DNA from: Asterias rubens
Taxonomy: Eukaryota
Assembly: GCF_902459465.1 (NCBI RefSeq)
Contig: NC_047066.1
Span: 7,192,001-7,256,000 of the forward strand
Length of the DNA stretch: 64,000 nucleotides
Reading direction: 5' to 3'
In this document: piece after piece, positions 1 through 10,706 of the stretch
Numbering within the stretch: the stretch's first letter is position 1
How the letters are laid out: every line of letters begins with the position of its first letter
Made by a program: the position numbers and the translations under genes
Notes under the pieces: model-generated
Told to the model about the DNA's origin: nothing
What the model saw: the letters and a program-made list of their open reading frames with translations, nothing else
Database searches by the model: none

Positions 1-35
1 CCTGGAGGCTACGTCCCGATCGTGGTGTGAAATAA
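1..35 (-). CDS. tbx2/3: Tbx2/3 coding exon 6, 5' part only (continues beyond the window)
   Basis: Strong acceptor atttttctctctctctccag|. The phase-1 join with exon 5 gives an open frame IISHHDRDVASR to the window edge. Confidence 0.7.
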
Positions 36-304
36 CTGGAGAGAGAGAGAAAAATAGGATACAAAATTATGAATATTTATAAGGGAAGGGTGTGTGTACC
101 ATCGGTAATTACTCAAAATATCTTTTGGCGAATTATTATCAAGAACAACAGTCCAGGGTATCAACAGCAGCTCCACGTCGTCGAACTGATTTTGTCTTGC
201 CCGAGAGGACGTGAGATGTATGGATAATTAATTAAGAAAATAGAATTAGCTCTTGCAAACTGCTTCCCAACCAAAGGGAGCTAGGTATATAAATGAACAA
301 CATA

Positions 305-420
305 GTTTAGTGTCCTGATGTTTGGACCCTAGCAGAGTCTTTCTCAAAGGCTATATTTTAGCCAGCCCTTCAATCTTCAAGAAGAAATCTGCTAGGGTAG
401 AAACGTCAGGCCACTAACAG
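305..420. mobile_element. Penelope-like element relic: inverted pair of degenerate minimal hammerhead ribozyme motifs
   Basis: The left arm tcctgatgtttggaccctagcagagtctttctcaaagg is largely complementary to the right arm aagaaatctgctagggtagaaacgtcaggcc. The same sequence recurs at 35964-36070. Confidence 0.55.
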
Positions 421-1175
421 TCAAATCTCATGTTTTCTTGTTCGTTGAAAACGCAATTATTTCGAGAAAACTTTCAAAAGTGGACGACTACCCCAAGACT
501 GAAAATATACAAATATTTTCTTCTTTTCGAGTCAAACAAAACAACTAGATCTGTCGGCAAATCCAGCGAAAGTAGACACTTTTGGAATTGAATCTACTGG
601 CCTGGACGCACTGAGCATTTCAAAACCGAAAATGTCGGCTTAAATTCGGAAATCTCTTTTATCAGAACAGACACAAACATTCATATTTAAAATGATAATA
701 TATTGACCGAGTCTGTAAGAGTGCTTCTGAACCACCGTGCCGTTAAAATACATAAGCTACTCCTTCTCTCAGTCTCATAATGAGGCACTCAATCACCATA
801 AAACAATACACCACTGACAATGAGTACGTGGAATCCAACCCTGACCTTGAAGAGGTGTACATGAGTGAATCACTGATTGATCCCCCCCCCCCCGTCGGAT
901 GTTTTCGAAATCGGTTACCCAATGATCGGATATGAAATAATCGGATACTCGGGTCCCAGAGTAATCCGAATTTAATTCGGACTAATTGGAATATGGCTCC
1001 GTCTATTTTTTTATTGCTAACAAGGCATCGTTGGTTTTTTTTTCTTCTTCCAAGGATAAATACATTATGAAGTGTGTGTGTGTGGTGCTTGTCTGTACGT
1101 TACGCATGTGTGATGGTAGACAACTCAAGCTAATTGTACGTATAATGCATCACCACTGTCAAGATTCCAGCATTA

Positions 1176-1465
1176 CCATCGTGTAGTTGGTGTACATCCC
1201 TACATGGTTTGAAAACCTTAGACAGAATACGTTCATGAACTACTTGCTGTAATAGGCCCACAGTGTTGCTATCGTGTAGTTCATGTACAGCCCTTCATCA
1301 TTTGAAAACCCTAGACAGAAAACCCTGACGAACTACTTGATGTAAAACCTACAGTAAGGTGCCCAACATAATTGCCATCGTGTAGTTGATGTACAGCCCA
1401 ACATGCTTTGAAAACCGTAACAGAACACGCCCACGAACTACTTGATTTAATAAAATCCACAGTGT
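1176..1465. repeat. Diverged ~95-105-bp minisatellite, three units
   Basis: atcgtgtagtt..tgtaca.ccc..cat..tttgaaaacc...acagaa....gaactacttg starts at ~1176, ~1269 and ~1375. Confidence 0.85.
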
Positions 1466-1485
1466 GCGGTCGTCTCACAACTTAC

Positions 1486-1604
1486 TTTTATCTTCGTGTT
1501 TCTCGGAACTCGTCGTGCTGACTTCGCCAGCCTCGGGTTCCGGGTCGCTTGCTACGTCATCGGGATCCCTGTGGTCAAGATCGTAGTTAGCCGACGGATA
1601 TTTT
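1486..1604 (-). CDS. tbx2/3: Tbx2/3 coding exon 5 (acidic region after the T-box)
   Basis: Acceptor tcctttcag|A completes the Arg codon from exon 4, then KYPSANYDLDHRDPDDVASDPEPEAGEVSTTSSEKHEDK. Donor A|gtaagt, phase 1. GC-rich against AT-rich flanks, and the phase fits exon 4. Confidence 0.82.
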
Positions 1605-2905
1605 CTGAAAGGAGTCATCATACAAAGTTCAAGATGAAATAGCAGTCGGGTTGAGTTAAATGTTAATGAAGAAATTAAATTTAAAGCTGTTAATAAAACT
1701 TGTACATTTGACAAACAATAGGTTACTGCTTTTTTATGAAGCAGAAAGTTTTCCCCTCATTGTTGGAACAAATTGGGGATCATCTTTAACAAACTAATGA
1801 TATTTAATTTTAAGGTCACCATAAACAATATTACCCAAAAAAAAAAAAAAACACATTATGAGAAATATTCTTGAACAGAAATAATTATTGCTAATACAAT
1901 CAATACAGATCAATAATTTCTCACGACCGAAAACTTAAGTGTCAAAGTATGTACGATTTATCGCACATAAATGGAACAAGGCAAACAAAGTCCTTCATTT
2001 CAACATCTGTCGAAAAAAAAAAATAATAAACAAAAGAAACCCACAATGATTTCACAGTTTTCAGAGAAGCTTAAAACCGTGAAGTTCAAAGGTTCACGAC
2101 AGTGCAATCACTGTTGGCAATGTTAACTCTCAGAACACAAACATCGAACAAAAACGAAAGCAAAGTTTCGGTTTATGTTCCTTTTCGAGTTGTCAATTTT
2201 AGACAGAAGATGTAAATTAACACACATTCAGCTTGCGACAAATCTATAACAGAGTTTTGGGTTCAGAATTCTGTAATCAGTGTCATTTTGCTTATAAGCA
2301 ACAAATCAAGGGGGTCATTATTCCCGTGATGGTAAACCATGATTTATGTTTAGTAACAATCAAACCAATTCAATAATTAATCGAAAATAAAACGAGGAAT
2401 AGAGACAAACAAATTTGAAATCAGATATTCAAATCATTATCATTTGATTTCAACATGTTCGTTTCCTCGTAGTTGTATCTAGAGTTCGAAAAAGTACAAG
2501 GTAGGCGACGCGTGACGAACCAAATCCCTTTTTGCTCCCTCATCCATGAAATGTCACTCTTGATTTACGATTTTGAGGAAAAACATGCTCCTTTGTGGGC
2601 CTTCCCTCTTCCCCACCACCCTGCCCTTGGGGTTCTTACCCACGCGTAACCCACCGGGCCTACCGTTAGACAAACGGTATAGATTCTCACTAACTTTTCT
2701 CTCCCTTTTATTCAAAACTATGACGTAAAACTGATTTTTTTTTTTAGGAGAACAATTTTAAAAGATTGATTTGTTGTTGTTTACTGGCTTATGAAGTTCT
2801 AGGTAATAAATCATCACTTTTGAAAGTGAATGATGAAATCATATTCATATCTTTCAACAGGAAATTGTTTAATTCAAATTAAATTTACTTTAAAAGTCTG
2901 CCTAC

Positions 2906-2982
2906 CTTTTTTCTCGTTTGCCCGTTGCCTGGTCCCTGAAGCCCTTGGCGAATGGATTATTGTCGATTTTCAGTTGTGTGAC
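2906..2982 (-). CDS. tbx2/3: Tbx2/3 coding exon 4 (end of T-box); not in the ORF track
   Basis: Read by hand: acttgcag|GTC ACA CAA CTG AAA ATC GAC AAT AAT CCA TTC GCC AAG GGC TTC AGG GAC CAG GCA ACG GGC AAA CGA GAA AAA AG|gtaggc = [26 protein letters not shown]. 77 bp, ends in phase 2 as in vertebrate TBX2/3. Confidence 0.96.
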
Positions 2983-5900
2983 CTGCAAGTAAACAAAAAA
3001 CACAAAAAGAAAGTCCATAAACATAAAATTAAAAGTAAATTGTACAGAGCCCAAACAAGGCACAACGATACATTAAGTAGACAAACCAACCGACCCTTTC
3101 ACTGGCCAAAGTTAACTAGCCTAAGGACACTACTCTTTTTAGTCTGATCCCCTTCCAATTGTTCATGGGATACCCATAACTAATAAACACATGGATTTGA
3201 ACTTATGACTACATGTCGTTTAGGCTCTTTCTAATATATCAGCTACGGCTCTGACTTTTGCTTGATCACCATGTTAAAGCGAAGCAACACCGGCGATATC
3301 AAATTTAAGTGGCTAGAACATCACACACATGGTTGAAGTGGGGTGGTTGTATTTTATTTCAAAAAGAAGAAAGAAAAAATGTTTTATTTCATTTTGATTG
3401 GGGGCCGTTTTATTTTTTCTAGACGCCATGGTTCCTTCTTCGTGTCGGAAACGGATAGACGCGCGCGCCAAACACGATCCGAGTCCAGACGACATAGGGT
3501 TTTGTATTACACCATGGTATTAGCGGTCCGTCTCCTCCGGATTGTGTGTTTTTAAGACGATTCACGGATCACCGGACCGGGTGGAGACAAACGTCTACAG
3601 CTTTCCAAACCAACCTACTCGAATGGAGGAACGGAGCGAGCTGATCCGGTTAGGACGCGCCGGAACAATCCCCCTCTCGAGTCTTGAAATTATCACAACT
3701 GAGCTCAAGTTACTTGAGATAGGGAAACAACCCAAAACCAATTTCGATTTTTGTTTTCACCCCCGGTATGATCTTGTCTTTTCCTCCTTTTCAATGTTTT
3801 TATTTTCTGGGAAAGATGTTTTTTTTTTTTTTTTTTTTTTTTGATTTTTTTTGTAGTTGTGATTTTGAGAAATATGAGTCTCATTTACCGGAGTGCATAT
3901 CAAAATCACCACAACAAAAACAACTTTGTAATCAATCATTAATAAATTTGGTTTAATAACTAGAATCTCTGTTTAAGTATGTAACCAACCCACGAGTTTT
4001 TGCTAAACACTGTTTGTGCGAAACTCAAATCTGTTTTTCAAAAGTATTATTTATTTAATTTATGAAATACTATTTTCGATAAACAGAATTGTAAGTGTAG
4101 TAGAATGAATATCTATTGTGAGTTCCGATTACGCAAATAAAAATGCAAGAAAGAAAAAACCGCAATCTAAATATATCATATACGTGTGCTTCAAACAAAT
4201 TGTCCGCGGGTCACGAGCAATGGACCGTGTTTGGAGCTCTGTTTGGTGCCGACCCAACTAGCCCCTCCACGGGGATGCAGACACGATGAACAATGCCTCA
4301 ACCGGACGTCCGTGCGTCGATCCTCTACACAACAAACAGGAAGAACTCCACCGAAAATCCAACCCAAAAACAAGCCCCAAAACAGTCGCAACAAAAAACA
4401 CCTCGCCATACAAAACAGAACCCCACCGTGTTCTACATGTGATTCCGTTGACGTTAAATATTTGATAAAAACTCACCGTTTTGTTGGGCACTGTTTACTT
4501 GTTTTTTGTGTGTGAATGTGTGCAATTGTGTATATGAAATGAATACAAATGCTATGTCAATTTTCCTCAAGTATTTAACAAACTTTCAGTTCATGATCTC
4601 TTATTCACTCATCTCAAATTTTATTTTTTATTTATTTTTTTTTTTAGGGTTAGCTGACAGCACATTTACGAAACAAGTACAGTCGATCTCAAAATGAAAA
4701 CCGAAAGTGCAAGAGAACAGAGGTGTGACACCATGGATTTATGATTCATTCCTAAAAACATAATCATACTATTTAAATATAACACTTCATGAATGAACGG
4801 GCGACCAGAAATCATTAGCAGCTCGTGCGCGTTGTTGGTCACAGATTGTTGAATTTTCTATGGTAAACAACTTCCGAGTATTCTCTGTGTATAATGTTAA
4901 TACAACACATTCTGTCTAGCGAAGTCTGCACAGTCAACCTTCATGGTTTGCTGTTTTTATCTTTATAGCATTTTTTTGTGTCTCTCTCTTTCTCATCTTC
5001 ACACTAAAGCGACTGGTGTGAAAATCGCAGGGTGCTAGCGGTAGGGGATGGCGACATTTTGCACGCAAAGCGATTTGCAAACCACAGCGCGTACATATGG
5101 TTGGCTCTAGGGGGGATGAGGCCCTGACCGGCGTGATGAAACTTTTATCAAATTTCGCCCCTGTATTATTTAACTATGGCAGTTTTGATTTGTTGTCTTA
5201 CTTTTCTTGGCTCTCTGTCACTCCATCTTTTATTTGCCGTTTGAGGAGGGAGGGTAGGTGTGAACAAACCACGTTTACAATACGAGGTTTGAATAATATC
5301 TCTCTTTTTTTATCCTCTCCTTTTTATACGGACTGAAAGCCGTGCGTGAAAATAATTAAATCCCGCCAGACATCGGGCATGAGAGTTTTGACGCAGTTTT
5401 TTTCTTCGTCTTCTCCACTCGTCGCTGCTGATATAGAGCGGTATAAAAAGAAGTGTTGAAGCGCAGGCAAGCCACAGTTTAACACGTTGTGATGTCATCC
5501 CGTTGTGTGCATAGTTTGTGTTGTGATGGGGGGGGGGGGGGGGGGTGGATCTTTAACTCGATCATACGGGTAACATCGTCTCCATTAGCGTCAAAAATAG
5601 GATTACAGAAAGCAAGAGAGCATCATTCGACTGACGGTCTGATGCCCACGACCAAAGCCAGAGGGGGGAGGGGATTCTATACTCCGCTAATAAGGAGTGA
5701 TTTTCACTGCAGGTTGCTGCCAGACACTCGAAGAGGGAGAGACGGCGGCGCCTAGACCTTGCCCGCTGGGAGCTGTGGAGGTGACGGGTCGTGCATTGGC
5801 AGGCACTGGCAGGCAGTGGACAGGTTTCTCTTCACTGCGGGCACACACGGAACAAGGCGCGTAGTTCTCACCCGTCTGTAATGAGTCTCGAATGAAGGGA

Positions 5901-6559
5901 AGCACCTAGGGGCGGGGAAGTAACACACAAAAAGGAGGGGGAGGTCGAGCTATAATGACCGATTGGTCCACAGGTGCGATTGATATAACTATCTTGTCAA
6001 GGCGTGAAAGAGTCATACCGAGGCCGTTACAAAGCTGCGATTCCCCGGTCCGTCACATCACTGTCAACTCGGACTGATTACCTTTTTCATTCCCGTACTA
6101 TTCAAATGTTTTTGTTTTGTGCGTTCGTGTAAAACCTGCCATTTTTATGATGCCATTAAACGGTTCCAACAGTGCACGCGTCTTCACGCCCCATCGCCTT
6201 TGCACTTTTCAAAATGGCAGCATGATGAAAAATGGTTACGTCTCCCTCCGAATCCATGGCCACGTCAAAGCTTTGCATTAATACAACATGATGGTAGAAA
6301 CATACACTGTTTCAATTTCCCTAATTCGTCATCATAACAATACACCTAATGCTTCTTTTGAGAGCTACTTAGACATGGACCACTTAAAATGGTCGTTTTA
6401 GTTTTCAGTTAGGTGATAAAAATCCATTGTGCTTGACGAGATGCTCCTGTGAACTCCATTACCAAGAAAATCAACCTTCAGATCATAAAGGCAAAATAAA
6501 TTGCCTGGAGTTTACACAAGCAGGTGTATAAAACATTCATTAATTTCACTCTTCTCCGA

Positions 6560-6733
6560 GGTATAACTTCGTGTTTGAAAGGGCAAGGGCACCAATGCAT
6601 TTTCTCCTTGGAGTAGGGGCACCATATGACTATGAGGAAAGTGTACATTTTCTAGTGGAGCATTTCAAGTGCACCAAGGCAATGACCAGGGGGCATGGAG
6701 GCAATTACCTTCGTCCGTGAAGTAACAGGCCCG
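6560..6733 (+). mobile_element. hAT-like MITE family 2 (CAGG termini), copy 1
   Basis: gaaagggcaagggcacc...ggggcatggaggcaat...cttcg..ccgtgaagta..caggcc recurs at 9625-9790 and 15958-16116. The superfamily is inferred from the termini only. Confidence 0.65.
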
Positions 6734-8118
6734 AGTGGTAAAGTTATTCAAAGGTCCTTCGGGAAGAAGATCAAAGAACACAACATTTGCAGAGGGCAGT
6801 GAAGGGAAATAATTGCATATCTCCTGTGGAATTCTGAGCAATTTGTAAATTTTTTACACATATTTTGTTTATATACACAAAAATGATCGTTAATAATTCT
6901 ACCTATATCATAAAAGTGAAGAAAAAAACAAACAGATAAAACACAGAAAAGAAAAGACAAACAAAAACAACAGATAAAAACACCCGACCAATTGACTGGT
7001 GGGGAGTTCACGCTATCTACCTTAATTACCTACACGGTTCTTTTTTTCTTTCTTTCTATTATAACTAACGGGTTTTGTCGTCGGGGCCGAGTATTACCCA
7101 AGCTGGCGCCGGCAAGGTTTGAACATCCAGAGCGCGTACCAAGAATCCGACCTTGAGGGTGGGGGGGGGTGGGGGAAGAGGATGCAAAGTGGCATCCAAC
7201 CATGAGATATGTCTGCACACTCCCACTCTATATATAAAGCCAACTAAACAACATCTGTATTTGTGCTGAAGTCCTCAATCATTGGCGATGACGATGGACT
7301 TAAAAAACGAGCTGAGCAATAGCCAGAGTAATATTTCCTTTTTGTGTTAATCAAACTCCAATTCTTTTTTTTTAATCGGGTGTTTAATTGGTTGTCTCTT
7401 TTCTGTATGTCCCTGTCTTTTTCTCTAATGGATGATTACAGGGTTGGAAAAACCTTGAACCCATGGGGTACGGGGTGAATTTGATGAGCGTTTCCCTTTT
7501 CCCACCACAAACAATGAGCAGAAAACTGTTCAAACCACTTTCTCACCCCCAGACCGATGGTGTTTAATTATTCACCATTTATGGCGGCACTGTCATTATT
7601 GACAATTTTTTTTTCTTTCTAAATGGTTGACTTGAAAGGCACTCTCGCGCCATCAGACCACATACAGTTATCGTGTTTAATTAATTTTATTTATTTAAAA
7701 AGTACACACTTAACAATAGGGTAGCACTCTACTGCGCTAGCTGTGAAGACAGTTAGGAGTGAGAGGGAGAGTGTGTGTTTTTCCCATCGTTCGGTTAAAC
7801 TTCGAAGTGCTGTGTTTTATTGACAAGATATTTCGTTAGAATGTTCTTCTCTTTTGGTGGTTGTTTGTGTCCGCACCTACTGATCGATGGTCAAATTCAT
7901 CTGGTTAGGTATATATAAAGACTGTGTCTACATCAGCTCTTTGGGAAACTCATTTAATTAAGGTTCGCTGGGTATCAATCAGGAAAGCTTCGTCTCTTCA
8001 CTGCGATTCATTCAGTGAAGCCAACAATTGTGGAAGACAAAGAATGATTTAGGAAGAAGAATTTTCGCCTTAAACAAAGAAAACAACTATAAAGGACTTT
8101 CGAAAAGAATGACACCCT

Positions 8119-8228
8119 CAACAACAACAACACAGCAACAACAACAACAGCAACAACAATATTAACACAAAACAAAACAGCAGCAGCAACATTACAAACA
8201 ACACCACCAACAATAGCAGCAACAACAA
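8119..8228. repeat. Imperfect (CAA/CAG)n microsatellite in intron 3
   Basis: caacaacaacaacacagcaacaacaacaacagcaac... Confidence 0.9.
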
Positions 8229-9624
8229 GAAGAATTTAATTTGGTATTTAAAAACCAACTTCGTTTTCAATTTTTATAGAGGGAAAGACTTCTCACACAA
8301 AATAATATTTGACTTTAATCCCAATATCTCCTACGACTTCTCGTGAAGATTATTTTTTCGTGAGATTTATCACTGTTATTAACAACTACCTCGTCTCCGT
8401 TTTGTTTGTACTTTTTTGTCTTCTTCTGATTTCCAAGATACAAACACTCTGGAATGAGCAGCACCGACAAAGTGCCGTTACGGGTGAGAATTCTCCCCTT
8501 ATAGCTTGAACCTTGCCGTATTGAGCTGGCAAAACCTCAAACAGCAAACGAAGCAATCTCGAAGATTTACGATCGAAAAAGTCGAAGATTACAATCCTCC
8601 GAGTGTTGACTGAAAATTGCTTAAGTGACGTGCGACGCACATCTCTCCCATTCGTCTTCTTTTTTTCTTTTTTTTTCTCGGTGAGTGGAAGGGGGGGGGG
8701 GGCTTTTGCGGAGCCGACAACCGCAATAAATAATTTATTCGGGATATTTGAAAGTCATCACAATTTGTTTTTCTTTCGCGTGAGTAAACAAACTAAAAAA
8801 TAGCCCTTTTCAAATTAGTAAGTTTTATAATGAAATAATATATCATTCATTAGATTGTCAGCCAATGATAGGTTGGCCACTTTTTTTCTTCCTTTTTTTG
8901 TCATTTTGGTAATAAAAATGAAATTACTGCCTGTTAATTTGCCAGGAAGTTTAATTAATTTTGGTTATTAGGGTAGATCATCATTATAACCTTAATCATC
9001 AAGCCAAACTTCACTAATTTCAAACTTCAGATTAACTTTTTTTTTAATATGGAAATGACGGACCTGTCAAATGGCCAATATTGGTTGATATCTCATAACC
9101 GAGCTAATGTTTTTCCGTGGTCTAGTGTTGAGAGAGTTTAACTCGAAAGGCAATTGGAGGCGGGTAAAGTCAACTATCTCAATGGTTACTATCCACAGAT
9201 ACTCCGGTAAAATACAGAAGTCTTCACATGCCAACTTCAAGCGATAGATTTCACGAACAGCTCAATTTGAAGATGGACAACGAGAAGGAAAATAAGAGCA
9301 AAGAATATTTAAAAAAACATCAGAAGCTCACTCGGTGATTTACGAGACTACCTGACACAGCTCGGGTTCTCCCCAAGGAAACATATACACAGTCTACCGT
9401 GCACCGTGTATAAACAGAAGCAAAAAAAATTGCTTGTAAAAACCACTAATATTGCCCCTGTCAGTCACACGAACGTTAAGATAACAATGCAAAGCACAAG
9501 ACTGTAAACGAATACAGGTATTAAACTAACTGAGATTAATGAATGCATTTAAGTGGTTTGCTGCTTCAAAATTTGACCCCATAGATTCGTGGACAACCGA
9601 GCAAACCAGTGTATCAATTTTTAT

Positions 9625-9790
9625 TAGACCTGATATTTCACGGAAGCATTGGCAACGAAGGCGATTGCCTCCGTGCCCCCTGATGATCATTGACTTGGTG
9701 CCCTTGAAATGGTCGAGGAGAAATTTACAAATACAATTTCCTCATAGGGTGGGTGCCCCTGCCCTTTCTAAAACGAAACATAAAGGCTTG
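9625..9790 (-). mobile_element. hAT-like MITE family 2, copy 2 (reverse)
   Basis: ttcacggaagc..ggcaacgaaggcgattgcctccgtgcccc...gggtgcccctgccctttc is the reverse complement of copies 1 and 3. Confidence 0.65.
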
Positions 9791-10559
9791 TTATCCCAAA
9801 CATCTTAGACTCACTCTCTCTTGGATGATCCTGTGTCATTTCTTAAGAAACCCACCCCCTTTTACCCAAGCCATTCTACAAAGACCCGTTGATGCTTAAC
9901 ATTATTTTTTCCCCGATGACTTGGTAAACAAATTAGGTTATTTTGAAGGCCGACAGCAGCTCTACCATTAAAGATCATGACGTCTCCATTTCTTTCCTAT
10001 CTTCGTCAAGTCATTAAGTCAACCTAGCCAGTTACTCATCAAATCTCCATTGACAGCAAAAGAAATGTCCCTAATTATGAGAAATGCGCGAGTATGAACG
10101 AGAACTAAAATAGCGAGGTGGTTAATTTAGGTATGGGCCAGGGCAGCAGAATGACTGATGAAATAATGAGCCATTAATTGTTCGGACTCCAAAGAAAATG
10201 CCATCAAATAACATTCCCAGTCAACAATGGTCACAACTCACAAAGTCGGGGGGGGGGAGCTTTGTTAATTATCCTTACTATTCTTTATCCTTACTAAAAA
10301 AATGTATAACAGAGTATTATTTTGTTAACATGCAACAGGTGGGCAGGTCTGCTTGCATAAACTGAGTGGGGCACCAGTTCAACAATGTAAACGTTATGGA
10401 ATTTTGGATGGTGATCGGTTTCTGTTATAATAAGCAACATTTGTCTGTGCTTAGCAAATGCGTATGCTTTATATACATGCTTTATGAAATTGGGACCTGT
10501 AACAGATGGGGTCATGCAAATGAAATGGTCGGGTGGGGTAAATTTAAGAGGAAACTTAC

Positions 10560-10706
10560 CTTTTCGTTTTGATAAGCAGTGACTGCAATAAAGTCCGTCT
10601 CTCGAAAGACGAATGTGCGGAAATGACTCCACGGCAGCTTCAAGATGTCGTTTGCCTTGACGATGTGAAAGCGAGGTTGATATTTATGCATCGAGTTTAA
10701 AATCGT
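10560..10706 (-). CDS. tbx2/3: Tbx2/3 coding exon 3 (T-box); may start at 10709 if the upstream AG of the CAGCAG acceptor is used
   Basis: Polypyrimidine tract and ccagcag|, then [49 protein letters not shown]. Donor AAG|gtaagt. 147 bp, phase 0/0. Confidence 0.97.

Noticed and set aside
1176-1465. Repeat-spacer pattern as a CRISPR-like array
   Set aside because: The locus is eukaryotic and intron-containing, the units are homologous along their whole length with no unique spacers, and there are no cas genes.
1-1604. Similar peptides HRDPDDVAS (exon 5) and HHDRDVAS (exon 6) as an exon duplication
   Set aside because: The match is too short, lies in a low-complexity acidic region, and exon 6 is truncated by the window.
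10602-10604. Arg in place of the Pro of the usual FPET T-box motif (FRETDF)
   Set aside because: This position varies among T-box proteins (FEET in Tbx1 and, as I recall, a basic residue in insect omb). It is not evidence of pseudogenisation or novelty.
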